A stretch of 64,000 nt of DNA, from positions 2,208,001 through 2,272,000 of the forward strand of contig CBDCMT010000001.1 of the NCBI GenBank assembly GCA_965219095.1, given 5' to 3'. The DNA comes from Bdellovibrionales bacterium. Its GTDB lineage: Bacteria > Bdellovibrionota > Bdellovibrionia > Bdellovibrionales > UBA1609. A program made the translations under genes and the position numbers. Shown here in pieces: positions 9,516 to 19,828 of the stretch (positions are counted from its first letter, which is position 1; each line of letters opens with the position of its first letter). The notes under the pieces are model-generated. The model did not search any database. It worked only from the letters and a program-made list of their open reading frames with translations, and was not told the DNA's origin.

Positions 9516-10763
9516 TTATTTAGAATCTTCAAACATTTCTTTAAACTGATAAAACAAGTTTTGAAATGATTTTTTCAAATGACTTTCCGACTGTGTTTTT
9601 GTTTTGTATTTTTCTTCTTCTTTGATTGCATACACCAACAAACCAACAACTGTAGAAAACTGTGGTGATTTCACAACATCTTTTAATCCTCCTGCGTGAT
9701 AAGCTCTTCCCATCCTTAAAGGAACATCAAAAATAAACTCTGCCATTCCCATAAAACCTTTTAACAAACAACAACCTCCTGTAAAAACAATACCAGATCC
9801 TAAATTTGTAATCAGATCGGATTCTACTAGTTTGGTTTTAATAATATCAAAAGTTTCTTGAACACGGGCCTCTATGATTTCACATAAGTTTTTACGGCTG
9901 ACATTTCTGTTCTGAACTCCTCCCACACTTCTAACCTCTACAATTTCTTCAAAATCCACACTATCTTTAAGAACGGAACCATAGTTTTTTTTCAACTCCT
10001 CGGCTGAATCTCTTGTGGTTTTCAAACCCACAGCGACATCATAAGTGATGTTCTGTCCTCCTACACCAATACTGCCTGTGTAAATCACACGCCCATTTTT
10101 ATAAACAATCATATCACACACTCCACCGCCTACATCCACTACCGCAACTCCCATTTGCTTCTCATCTTCTGACAAAAAAGCCATAGAAGAAGCTAAAGAT
10201 TGTAAAACCAAGTGCTGGACTTTTAAACCTGCAATCTCTACACATTGCGTTATATTAGAAATACAAGAAGTATAGCCTGTTACAATACGAACACTACATT
10301 CTAAACGAACCCCTGACATACTTATAGGATTTTGAATGCCTTTCTGATAATCAATTTGATAGCCGTTAGGTAAAATATGAATCACTTGCCTATCAGAAGG
10401 AAGAGCCACAGCTTGGGCCATTTCAATAACACGCTCTACATCCTCTTGAGACACCTTTTTATTGCGAATAGCTACCATCCCTGAAGAATCAAAAGACTGA
10501 ACATAATCACCACTCAAGCCAACTGAAACAGCAGTGATACTGACCCCTGCCATAAGCTCTGCTTCCTGCTTAGCCTGTTGAATCACTTTTGCTGTCTCTT
10601 CAATATGAACAATAGCTCCACCTAAAATACCCGAATGTTCTACTTGTCCTAAACCAATAATGTTCAAACCCTCAGAGGTTTTTTCACCAATGACACAACA
10701 AACTTTTGTTGTCCCAATATCTAAGGCAGCAATAAGACTTTTATTTTTCACTGTTGAAGACAT
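9516..10763 (-). CDS. ftsA: Cell division protein FtsA
   Basis: LDIGTTKV, VDVGGG, IVFTGG, PQFSTVVGL; adjacent to ftsZ. Confidence 0.97.
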   Translation of the reverse strand: MSSTVKNKSLIAALDIGTTKVCCVIGEKTSEGLNIIGLGQVEHSGILGGAIVHIEETAKVIQQAKQEAELMAGVSITAVSVGLSGDYVQSFDSSGMVAIRNKKVSQEDVERVIEMAQAVALPSDRQVIHILPNGYQIDYQKGIQNPISMSGVRLECSVRIVTGYTSCISNITQCVEIAGLKVQHLVLQSLASSMAFLSEDEKQMGVAVVDVGGGVCDMIVYKNGRVIYTGSIGVGGQNITYDVAVGLKTTRDSAEELKKNYGSVLKDSVDFEEIVEVRSVGGVQNRNVSRKNLCEIIEARVQETFDIIKTKLVESDLITNLGSGIVFTGGCCLLKGFMGMAEFIFDVPLRMGRAYHAGGLKDVVKSPQFSTVVGLLVYAIKEEEKYKTKTQSESHLKKSFQNLFYQFKEMFEDSK

Positions 10764-10812
10764 AGATCATCCTTTGCTCCTAGTTAGACATGCTTTACTG
10801 CATGTTACTTTA

Positions 10813-11523
10813 TTATTTTAAATAAGGCTTGTCTAATTTGACAACTATTTTCTCAGAAAATCTTGCATCTACGGAGTGAGTTTTTAACTCTCTTTTCTTT
10901 AAATATTGCAATACATCCTCAACTTGTTTGATTTCATATTGTAAAAGAGGTTTAAATAGCAACAAAAGTCTAGTTCTTGATTCCACTAAAACAAAAACAA
11001 GATCTTTGGACTTAAGTTGGTAAATTTCTGAAATTTCCGGTAAAGAAAACAAGCCTTTTTCAGGTATATTAGATAAAACCTTCATCAATTTTTTTCGCTT
11101 GTTTCGATCTTTTAAGAAAGACTCTCCTCTTACTATGGGTAAAATATTTTGCACCTCTTTAACATAGGTTAACTTACCCTCTGAAGAAGTGCGGTAAAAT
11201 TTAAACTCTTTTTTATCTAAAATGTAAAAAAGAAAGTTTTGAGGGAGAATCTTAATCTCTAAACGATCAGGCCATTTTCGAAAAACAAGGGCTTTTTCCA
11301 CAAACTCGTAGGAATTAATCTTTTTTACAAGATCTCCTAAGGAGACTTGAAAGATGAGTTGTCCTTTCAAACCCTCTAAGTCCTTTTGAATAAAATCCAA
11401 AGACAAAGGCCTTTGTGAAGATATTTTAATGTGCTTGATTTTAAAAAAATCACTTTGGAAACTAAGAAGAACAACACTTGCTACAATAGACGTGTAAAAT
11501 AAAGCTTTTAAAATTCCAATCAA
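10813..11523 (-). CDS. ftsQ: Cell division protein FtsQ/DivIB
   Basis: N-terminal TM, POTRA (FKIKHIKI...RKWPDRLEI), C-terminal VDARF; between ddl and ftsA. Confidence 0.85.
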   Translation of the reverse strand: MIGILKALFYTSIVASVVLLSFQSDFFKIKHIKISSQRPLSLDFIQKDLEGLKGQLIFQVSLGDLVKKINSYEFVEKALVFRKWPDRLEIKILPQNFLFYILDKKEFKFYRTSSEGKLTYVKEVQNILPIVRGESFLKDRNKRKKLMKVLSNIPEKGLFSLPEISEIYQLKSKDLVFVLVESRTRLLLLFKPLLQYEIKQVEDVLQYLKKRELKTHSVDARFSEKIVVKLDKPYLK

Positions 11524-12416
11524 TAGTCTCTCCTTGCTGAACTGACAATTTCTTCTACTAATTGATTAAAACTCAAACCATCATAAGATACAGCTTTAGG
11601 TAAAAGAGACGTTTCTGTGAGACCTGGTAAAGTGTTCACCTCTAAAAAATAAGGTCTGCTATCTTTATTTGATACAATAAAATCTACTCTACAAAAGCCT
11701 CTTATGTCAAAAAGCTCCCACACTTTTAAAGAAAATTCTTCAGCTTCCTTAAGAACTGTCTCTGAAATGTCTGCTGGCAAAACGTAATCTGTAAGCCCTT
11801 TCGTATATTTTGTTCTAAAATCATAAAATTCACTTTGAGGTTGAATTTCTATACATGTATGAATTTTCTTTTTCACCATCGCTATGGTAATTTCTTTTCC
11901 TTCTATATATTTTTCAACAAAAATTTTTGAATCCATTAGAAAAACTTTCCCAAAATACTTCTCTAATTCCTTTTGGTTTTTACAAATAAAAACTCCAAAA
12001 CTTGAACCTTCCCTAGAAGGCTTTAAAACAACAGGAAAAGAAAGTCTTGTTTGAGGCTTTTGCAGAACTTCAAAATCTGAGGTTAAAATATCATGTGTTT
12101 GACAAAGCCTTTTAGAAAAAATCTTATCCATCGAGAGAGCTGAAGACATCACACCTGAGCCTGTATAAGGAAGATTCGTATATTCACAAAGAGCCTGAAC
12201 TATACCATCCTCTCCATAACGACCATGCAAAGCGATAACAACTCTCTCAAACCTTCCTTCTAAAAGTTTTTGAGGTAACCTCTCATCAGCCCTTAAGACT
12301 TCATAATCATAACACAACTCTTGAAAAGCTCTTTGAAAAGCTTGACTGGTTTTAAGGCTAATCTCTCTTTCTAAGCTCTTTCCTCCTTCAATCAAGGCAA
12401 TTTTTCCTATCTTCAT
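11520..12416 (-). CDS. ddl: D-alanine--D-alanine ligase
   Basis: GGKSLEREISL, LHGRYGEDG, EGSSFG, LEVNTLPGLT. Confidence 0.97.
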   Translation of the reverse strand: MKIGKIALIEGGKSLEREISLKTSQAFQRAFQELCYDYEVLRADERLPQKLLEGRFERVVIALHGRYGEDGIVQALCEYTNLPYTGSGVMSSALSMDKIFSKRLCQTHDILTSDFEVLQKPQTRLSFPVVLKPSREGSSFGVFICKNQKELEKYFGKVFLMDSKIFVEKYIEGKEITIAMVKKKIHTCIEIQPQSEFYDFRTKYTKGLTDYVLPADISETVLKEAEEFSLKVWELFDIRGFCRVDFIVSNKDSRPYFLEVNTLPGLTETSLLPKAVSYDGLSFNQLVEEIVSSARRDY

Positions 12417-13068
12417 ACTTTTTAGTTCCCTCTATTTTATTTTAGTTTGTAGACAAAAAAAATATAGTAGCTAAAAGTCTAGGAAACTTCTCAATGTTGT
12501 TTCTTAATTTCACCGCTTTAAACTATCTAGCTACTTTTCTTTTAAGCCATGAGGTTTTTCTTTAAAGCTATTACAAAAAAGAGCCTGACTTCCATAAAAA
12601 AATAGAATAGCTTTCTTACTTTTGAAAAATTTTGTGTTTATTTTTTTAAGACGCAGGGTTTTGTTAAGAAGGCTTATGGAAAACTAAATACAATCACTAT
12701 AAATGAAGTTTTAGTTCATGACTTTGGAAATTCTTTATCAAAAACTCATATCTTCGTATCTTTGATATTTTCCCTCATCTGAGGGGAAGAAATTTAATTT
12801 TTGAAGTTATTAATTTCATGAACTTTAAACTCTTCTTTAAAGGGTTTCTGTTAGAACTTGAAAGAAGGTCATAGGGCTGGATTTTATTTTTATTTTCCCA
12901 TGACTGATAACAAAAAAATTTATAACTTTATCTTATCTAAAGGGCTATCATAACAAGGACTTTAGTCAAAAAGGCTAGCTTTGTTTCAAAACAAAACAAC
13001 CATATGATAAAGAATTAATTTTCATTTTCAAAAAAATTTTCATAAGGTATAATTAAAAGGGAGGTTCT

Positions 13069-13806
13069 ATGCATACTTTTGAGAAAAGGGGTTTTACTTT
13101 GATAGAAACTCTTATCGTTTCTTTAATTTTGGTAATTGTATTTTTTAGCTCAGTGGACACCATTGTTTATCAAGAAAAAAATATAGCACAAATGAAGAAT
13201 CAAGCCTCTGTTCAAAATTATAGTTGGCTTGCTCTTCCTAGCCTTATATATGAAGTGATTAGTGCTCAAACTTTAAATAAAAAAAAATACCTTTCCCTTA
13301 GGGAGCCTACTAATATTCTTCAATTCTTAGCCTTAGATCCTGATTCTAATGACAGAGCAGGCCTCACTGAAATTTTAGAAAGTAAAAAAAAGTATGAATA
13401 TAGTACCTATGAAGTTAAAATCGAAAGAATGTTTGTAAAAGATATTCCTGATTTCATAGAGAGTGGTGATCTAGAAAATATTGGTAGATCTTTACCTTTA
13501 AATGAAAGAAAAAGAAGAGCACATACAATTGAACGTCCCTTTAAGGCCATTGTTTTTACAATATCTATGGAAAAAAAAGGAAATTTGTCCTCTTTGAATA
13601 GCTCCTCTATAAAAACATCCTGCACTTTTTATGTTTCTACACAATTTCCCGAAGACAGTACAGAAGCCATTGAAAAATGTGCAAGAATTAAAGACGAACA
13701 TGCTATGGACACAGAATTCAACGAGTGTGATTCATTTGTTATGTTTTTTGATGAATTAGGGCGATCTATTTACAAAGAAAAATGCAGTAATATTAATGAG
13801 AGTTAA
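13069..13806 (+). CDS. Prepilin-type (type IV pilin/pseudopilin) protein
   Basis: KRG|FTLIE class III signal plus hydrophobic helix; GGAGG RBS. Confidence 0.8.
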   Translation: MHTFEKRGFTLIETLIVSLILVIVFFSSVDTIVYQEKNIAQMKNQASVQNYSWLALPSLIYEVISAQTLNKKKYLSLREPTNILQFLALDPDSNDRAGLTEILESKKKYEYSTYEVKIERMFVKDIPDFIESGDLENIGRSLPLNERKRRAHTIERPFKAIVFTISMEKKGNLSSLNSSSIKTSCTFYVSTQFPEDSTEAIEKCARIKDEHAMDTEFNECDSFVMFFDELGRSIYKEKCSNINES

Positions 13807-13845
13807 AGTGTTTTATCTTGGTTTAGCATGGAAGGAGGTTAAGGA

Positions 13846-14577
13846 ATGTTAATGAAGTTTCGCCACACAAGAGGGCAAAGAGGGAGTTCTTTGATCGTAG
13901 TTATAGGGCTTTTAGCTTTTAATATAGTTTTGTTCTCAATGGTTGTTTCAAAAATGGATGTACTTATGGCTCTTTCCCGCTCAGCTTATGAGCACAATAG
14001 AGTGAGTTATTTTTTGTTAAATATTAGCAATGAACTTTCTCATCCTAGTGCTTGTTTGAATACCATAACATCTATTGGAAATCCAGAAATGATAGATGCT
14101 GAAAAAAAACGAGTAACCACTATTTTTTCTCTTACGGGAGAAATCACAGCTATAAATAAAACAGCTTCTCCCTCTGAAGATCCTCTTCAAGATATTCATA
14201 TACAAAATTCAGGAAAGGATTGGACCAAGAATTTCTTCCCTATCGATGAGATGTATTTAGAGCCTATGGAGAGAAATACTGCTGATCCTGATAAATATGC
14301 CAATGAAGTTTTTCCTATGACCCCAGGAGAAGAGGGCTTTCTTAAAAGAAAGTTCGTAATAAAGTACTTTTTACACGGTGTAAGAGAGTATACTTTTGAG
14401 CCGATTCGACTAAGAATTAAAAGGATTTATGATGATAATAATGGCAAAAGTGTGGCAATTATCTTATCTTGCCTTTTAGCTTCTAATGAAAAAAATGTAT
14501 TTTTAACAGGTTGTCCTCAAGACAAGAAAGGAATTTCTTATTATGAGGAAAGGGGAAAAGTGAAATGCCGTCCGTAA
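13846..14577 (+). CDS. Minor pilin-like protein lacking Glu+5 (PilX/GspK-like N-terminus)
   Basis: QRG|SSLIVVIGLLAF hydrophobic helix; C-terminal Cys; between two pilin genes. Confidence 0.65.
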   Translation: MLMKFRHTRGQRGSSLIVVIGLLAFNIVLFSMVVSKMDVLMALSRSAYEHNRVSYFLLNISNELSHPSACLNTITSIGNPEMIDAEKKRVTTIFSLTGEITAINKTASPSEDPLQDIHIQNSGKDWTKNFFPIDEMYLEPMERNTADPDKYANEVFPMTPGEEGFLKRKFVIKYFLHGVREYTFEPIRLRIKRIYDDNNGKSVAIILSCLLASNEKNVFLTGCPQDKKGISYYEERGKVKCRP

Positions 14578-14619
14578 AAGGTAAATATAGAGATATATGG
14601 ATGAGAAAAAAGGTGTGAT

Positions 14620-15699
14620 ATGAAAAAAAATGTCAAAAGAAAATCAAATAATTTATATTTACATTGTTGCAAAGGGATAAGCCTTATTGAGCTTTTTGTG
14701 GCTCTTATAATTAGCGGTTTGAGCATCAGTGCTGTTTGGGGGCTTCTTACTTACCAGAACAAAAAACACAAAGAATTTAATATAGAACTCAGTGCTTTTC
14801 AAATTATAAATGACATAAGAGGTGTTTTTATTTTGAAAAATAGTTGCGATCATACTTTAAAAACCCTTAACCCTCCTAATTTAAGAACTGATCAACTTGA
14901 AGGTCAGTTCACTTCTATTTCTCAAATAAAAGATAAAAATGGCACACTTATTTACGAAAAAGGTAACTCCTATACAGGATTTCATTTAGAGGGAAAAGTT
15001 AAACTCCAAGATGTGGGAATCCAATTAAAAAACAAAATAGGAGAAAATAGCAATTTAGAATTTTATTCAGTTCTTGTTAAAGTAGAATTAAAAGATGCAC
15101 ATTCAACAAAAACTTTTCTCGAAAAATTTTACACCATGGTTACAGTCGAGGCTACAACAGATGATGAAGTAAAAAAAATTCAGCATTGCTATGGAATCGA
15201 TCGTTATGCTTACATCAAACAATCATTGCAGGATAATCCCAATCCAATAGAAAAATGCCTTGATGGAGAAAGCCTCAAAGGCTTTAAGACTGACGGAGAA
15301 GCCAAGTGTTTGGGTTTACAAGTTGATACCACTACCACCTTTAATTGTCCTTGCTCACCCTCCCCTGACCCTCAATGCCCCCCTCCTAACCCTCCATGTT
15401 TATCTAAAGAGTCTCAATGCATTAGATGGGAAACAGTATCCTTTCGATTAAATTCTGGCTTCAAAGGAGGAGGTTCAAAAAGACGTAAATGTGCAGAAAG
15501 AAAATGGGTGTGCATAGAGAGCTGTCCTAGAGACCATCTCTCAGAGATCACAAAACCTTGCGGTAGAAAATACTCTTACCCCTCTCGGGAAGCACCTGAC
15601 ACTCTAACTTGCCAACAATATGAATATGTTCGAGATGGTGATAACAATCTAACATGTAGAATTAATCCACCTACTTCAAAGCCATGTCAGAAAATCTAA
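14620..15699 (+). CDS. Prepilin-type protein with Cys/Pro-rich C-terminal domain
   Basis: KG|ISLIE signal; CDHTL; C-terminal CPCSPSPDPQCPPPNPPC and many Cys. Confidence 0.75.
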   Translation: MKKNVKRKSNNLYLHCCKGISLIELFVALIISGLSISAVWGLLTYQNKKHKEFNIELSAFQIINDIRGVFILKNSCDHTLKTLNPPNLRTDQLEGQFTSISQIKDKNGTLIYEKGNSYTGFHLEGKVKLQDVGIQLKNKIGENSNLEFYSVLVKVELKDAHSTKTFLEKFYTMVTVEATTDDEVKKIQHCYGIDRYAYIKQSLQDNPNPIEKCLDGESLKGFKTDGEAKCLGLQVDTTTTFNCPCSPSPDPQCPPPNPPCLSKESQCIRWETVSFRLNSGFKGGGSKRRKCAERKWVCIESCPRDHLSEITKPCGRKYSYPSREAPDTLTCQQYEYVRDGDNNLTCRINPPTSKPCQKI

Positions 15700-15780
15700 T
15701 AAAAAAGGAAAAAAGACCTCTTAATGAAGAAGGGATATAAATAAATTTTAATTATTCAAAAAAGCTAGGAGAAAACTAAT

Positions 15781-16075
15781 CCCGAGTTTGACAGAAGCAA
15801 CTACGTTAAACCAGTAAAAACAAGCACTTAGAGCACATGTTTTTTTGTACCACTACATTTTTTCTAATTTCTGAGAAAGTTTTTAAATCTTTGGTGGGAT
15901 AGGTACCTTAGCGGCCCTAAATAATTTGGCAGTATTTCCGTTGATATCTGTACGTGTCCATACTAAGTTTGTATTGCGAATCTTTACAGGTACAACTCTG
16001 ACTTCTTTTAATTCTTTCATAGCTTCTACAACAGTTAAGGGTCTTGGTTGAGACTTTGGTAGTTCCTGAGAATTT
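15781..16075 (-). mobile_element. IS1634-family right-end remnant with transposase C-terminus
   Basis: Minus strand reads LTVVEAMKELKEVRVVPVKIRNTNLVWTRTDINGNTAKLFRAAKVPIPPKI, followed by AAATGTAGTGG and ending CTCGGG. Confidence 0.65.
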
Positions 16076-16150
16076 GATCCTGTAAATTAAATTGTGTAAC
16101 TGATTTTTTCATTTTAATTTTTACCCTCAGTGTTTCACACTTATTTTAAC
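16076..16150. repeat. Solo IS256-like terminal remnant
   Basis: Near-identical to 6145-6210 and 59538-59612. Confidence 0.6.
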
Positions 16151-17287
16151 CTCCTAAATTCCCGACAAAAAATATACACTAGGATTTAAGTTCTGCTCAG
16201 AATCTGGAAAATTTCTTATTCCCCCTCGTAAAAAGTAGGATTTTATAGAATTTTTAGAGATAAATAGTCGAACGTGAAAAATTGACAAAAGCCTAGGATT
16301 TTTATGCTGTATGATCTTTATTCCTGTTACTTTCTACTATAGAGGGTTAAATATTTTTTCATAACTTAAACAAAACAGTAGTTTTCAAGAAGGCGTACAG
16401 GCCTTTTAAGCCATTTCAGTGAAAAAAACGAAAAAAGACGCACCTCTAGCATTAACTTTCTAAAATTTTGAGAAACTCCTGATAAAAGACTATTAATAGC
16501 ATCCCCTTGTGATCCTAATAAAAAGTTCCTTCCCATACGAGAATCTATTTTCATATGACCAATGATTGCCTCAACTGAACTTCTTCTTCTGTGAAGTTTT
16601 CTTTTGTAGGGACTTATGTTTTACTCATTCCCCCAATATGAACATTAACTCCCGAAGGATGATGCTCTTTGCCACGATAACCTTTATCTACATACAAATT
16701 TTTTGCCTTAACCTTTGTTAAGGATTCAACTTGAGATAAGGCTGGCTTTAAACTGTGAACATCTGATACATTTTTTTCAAATGACTTTACCCCTAAAACC
16801 CAGCAATTTTTTGATGAAGTTGCCACACTCACCTTATTGCCAAATTCATATTTTTTATGGGCTTTGCCCTTCCCTATGCAATAAACCTCAGGAGCATGAA
16901 CACTATACACCTTGTTCTTATCCCCTCTTTTTTGGTTATAAATTCTTACACATAAAGATAAACATCTTTTTAAAGATGTATTCTCTTCCAAGAACTTAGG
17001 ACCTCCTTTTCTTGTAACATCTCTTATCACACGACCTAGATAAGTATGAAGCTTTCTTTGCTGTTTTCTTGCTAAACGTATTTTTCTTGTATGAGCATAA
17101 CGAGCATTCTTAAACAAACACTCCTTGGCCTTTCTTTTATAGCTTTGACGTAAAACTAAACCCTCTTTTTTAGCCCTGTGAACTAAAGTCTTTAAAGCTT
17201 TGTAATAAAGACGGCTGTCTGTAGGAAAAGCTATTGCTTTCTCTTGAACAGTTGTATCAACAACTACATTCTCAAACTCTTTTTTTT

Positions 17288-18806
17288 GGCTCCTCCCGGG
17301 AATCTGTGGGTGAAAAGTAGTAGAAATCCCCCAAAAGAGCTCATATTAATCAAAGTAAGAGTAAGACATTCTATCTTGTATTTTTGAGTTCTTTGAGGCC
17401 CTTACTGGCCTCTATCACCTCCGGTGATTGAACTCAAAAACATTCATTTTATTTGCTTTTATTTGCTGTGTTACATTAAAATTTTAAAAAAGAAGCACCT
17501 ACTTCCCAGATGCCTTAAAATGTTATTCAAAAAAAAAAAAAGGAGGGAAGAGATGCTTTTGAAGACTATACTAAATGATTGTTTAAGATGGAAGTCTTTT
17601 GTATACGGAGACATTTATTTTTCAAAAGATAGAAAGTCAATTAATGTTCCTATTAAGGCTCGTAAAAATGGCCAAGCTTTTTGTAGTGTTTGTAAGAAGC
17701 CCTGTTCAGTGTATGACAGCAGTAAATCATCACGGGACTTTGAATCCCTTCCTATTTTAAGTTACAGGGTGTTTTTTGTTTATTTTGTAAGAAGAGTTAA
17801 TTGTTCTTGCTGTGGAGTAAAAGTTGAGTATTTACCTTGGGCAGATGGGAAGAAAAACCTAACAATTTTTTACATGAAGTACTTAGCTGACTGGTGTCGT
17901 CACCTGTCTTGGAAAGAGGTTTCTTGTAAGTTTCATGTCAGTTGGAATCAGGTCTATGCTTCGGTAGAATGGGTCGTAGAATATGGTTTAAAACAAAGGG
18001 TTTTAAAGGGAATACAAGCTATAGGTGTAGATGAAATACAATGGAAAAAGAACCATCAGTATCTCACCTTAGTCTATGAAATAAGCAAAGAAAGTGTTCG
18101 TTTGCTATGGATAGGAGAAAAAAGAACAGAAAAGAGTTTTAGAAAATTCTTTGATTTACTAGGAGAGAAGTCAAAAGATATACAGTTTGTGTGTTCTGAT
18201 ATGTGGAAGCCCTATTTAAAAGTAATAAAGGAAAGGGCAAGTCAAGCTTTGAATATATTAGATCGGTTTCATATCGTAGCAAGACTCAATAAGGCTTTAG
18301 ACGAAGTGAGAGCTTCAGAACACAAAAAAATGAAAGAAGACGGGTATGAACCCCTTTTAACAAAAGCTAGATGGCCCTTGTTAAAAAATGCAGAAAATTT
18401 AAAATCTTATGAAAAAGTAAAATTAAGGCATTTAATACAGTACAATTTAAAAAGTATCCGCTGTTATTTTTTAAAAGAAGACTTCCGACAGTTATGGACC
18501 TATGTTTCACCAACTTGGGCTGGTAAATTTATAGACAGTTGGACGAAACGAGTCATGCTTTCAAAAATTGAACCTATGAAAAGAGAAGCAAAAACCATAC
18601 GAAGACATAAGCTACTTATTCTTAATTACTTCAAGGCTAAAAAAACCTTCTCCTCAGGGATTGTAGAGGGTTTAAACAACAAAGTAAAACTCACTATGAG
18701 AAAATCTTACGGCTTTAGAACCTCTAAAGCTATAAAAATCGCCTTATATCATAACCTTGGAAAACTGCCAGAACCTCCGGGAACCCACAGATTCTTTTGA
18801 GGAGGC
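17288..18806 (+). mobile_element. ISL3-family element, complete
   Basis: 23-bp imperfect IRs GGCTCCTCCCGGGAATCTGTGGG / GCCTCCTCAAAAGAATCTGTGGG; 8-bp T8 target duplication (10 T in the restored IS5 frame, 8+10 observed). Confidence 0.93.
17553..18800 (+). CDS. ISL3-family transposase (intact)
   Basis: CxxC Zn finger, IGVDE, CSDMWKPY, DRFHIV, VEGLNNKVK...YGFR; AGGAGG RBS before ATG 17553. Confidence 0.93.
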   Translation: MLLKTILNDCLRWKSFVYGDIYFSKDRKSINVPIKARKNGQAFCSVCKKPCSVYDSSKSSRDFESLPILSYRVFFVYFVRRVNCSCCGVKVEYLPWADGKKNLTIFYMKYLADWCRHLSWKEVSCKFHVSWNQVYASVEWVVEYGLKQRVLKGIQAIGVDEIQWKKNHQYLTLVYEISKESVRLLWIGEKRTEKSFRKFFDLLGEKSKDIQFVCSDMWKPYLKVIKERASQALNILDRFHIVARLNKALDEVRASEHKKMKEDGYEPLLTKARWPLLKNAENLKSYEKVKLRHLIQYNLKSIRCYFLKEDFRQLWTYVSPTWAGKFIDSWTKRVMLSKIEPMKREAKTIRRHKLLILNYFKAKKTFSSGIVEGLNNKVKLTMRKSYGFRTSKAIKIALYHNLGKLPEPPGTHRFF

Positions 18807-19570
18807 TTTTTTTTTTACAAAATCCTCTCTCAAAGCTAAATCAATGGTTTCCTCTAAGAGAACTTCTATCTTCTCAGCCCCCATCCTCTTTCTCCAGTTA
18901 GTCAATGAACTTCTATCACAGGGATCTTCATAAGAATAAAAAGGCTGACCACAAAAATACTGCCATTGAGGACTCTCTTTGAACATTTCTATTGTCTTCT
19001 CGTCACTTAAATTATAAATGTATTTCAAGCACTGAAGTCCCACCATTAAACGAGTTGAAAGACCTGGACGACCTTTTTTTTCATCATACTTCGAACCAAA
19101 ATCTTTATCAAAACGATCCCAGTCTATTTTATTAGCTAAAATGACAAGCGGATGCTTCTTATGAACAATGTCGTTTACTCTAAAATTAAGAGGGCTTCTC
19201 TTTTGTGTGCTGAACATGTCTTTTGGCCTCATCTTTTTTCCTTTCTGTTTTGCAAGGTTTTTTATCTGTTTTTCCACTTCCTTGCAATTATTTTTATGCA
19301 AAAATTACAAAAAAACAAGTGTTTTTAGCTGTTTGTGCATTTTTCACGTTCGACTAAATACTCTTGCCTATGCTTAATCCTGATGTATAATATATACAGC
19401 AGGATTGCTAGGAGGATATACGATGAGTTTCATTAGAAGAATAAAAAAGAAGGATGGACAAGTTTATTTGGCTGAAGTTGAGAGCAAATGGATCAATGGG
19501 AAATCGGTCCAAAAGCACATCCGTTATATGGGGAAGAGAAGTCAATAATAGAAAAGTGATTTCCCTCAAC

Positions 19571-19828
19571 TCAAAATTACCTCGCTTGGTGTCTTGTTTT
19601 TCAAGACGACTTCAGATTCAAGAAAGCCTTACAGAACAAATTGCTCAGGCTATTGAAACTTACTTAGAACCAGAAGGAGTAGGGGTATGGATGAAAGCTC
19701 AGCATCTATGTGTTTTGTCAAGAGGAGTAAGGGATCATTCCTCTAAAATGATTACAACTTCCCTTAAGGGAAGCTTCTTAGAAGATCATAAAGTTCGTCA
19801 AGAGTTTCTAAGTTCTCTCAAATTATGA
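19571..19828 (+). pseudogene. folE: GTP cyclohydrolase I, 3' half only
   Basis: SKLPRLV...RRLQIQESLTEQIA...GVGVWMKAQHLCVLSRGV...RQEFL; N-terminal part with CEHH replaced by IS1634 sequence. Confidence 0.9.

Larger units (their letters stand above)
16366..19232 (-). pseudogene. IS5-family transposase, split by ISL3 and frameshifted near 16620
   Basis: HPLVILANKIDW, GRPGLSTRLMVGL (5' part); VDTTVQEK, CIGKGKAHKKYEFG, VDKGYRG, RSSVEAIIGHMK (3' part). Confidence 0.9.
16267..19354 (-). mobile_element. IS5-family element, interrupted by ISL3
   Basis: IRs GTCGAACGTGAAAAAT at 16267 and its complement ending 19354; flanking direct repeat TAAATA on both sides. Confidence 0.85.
16153..19570 (+). mobile_element. 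Left part of a divergent IS1634-family element, split by the IS5 insertion (pieces 16153-16266 and 19355-19570)
   Basis: CCTAAATTCCCGACAAAAAATATACACTA resembles the IR of the 60803-62495 element; GGAGG then ATG 19423 encodes MSFIRRIKKKDGQVYLAEVESKWINGKSVQKHIRY, similar to the N-terminus of the 60816-62327 transposase. Confidence 0.75.

Noticed and set aside
12417..13068. 650-bp gap upstream of ddl as an eroded mur gene
   Set aside because: No recognisable protein motif in the frames I read; probably a divergent promoter region, though blastx could change this
17424..17552. 43-aa N-terminal extension of the ISL3 transposase (also 38623-38751)
   Set aside because: Strong AGGAGG precedes ATG 17553; the third copy has indels in this stretch, including a different poly-A length
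19454..19828. 124-aa ORF as a complete FolE or QueF-like protein
   Set aside because: First ~39 codons are IS1634-derived; catalytic N-terminal FolE motifs are absent
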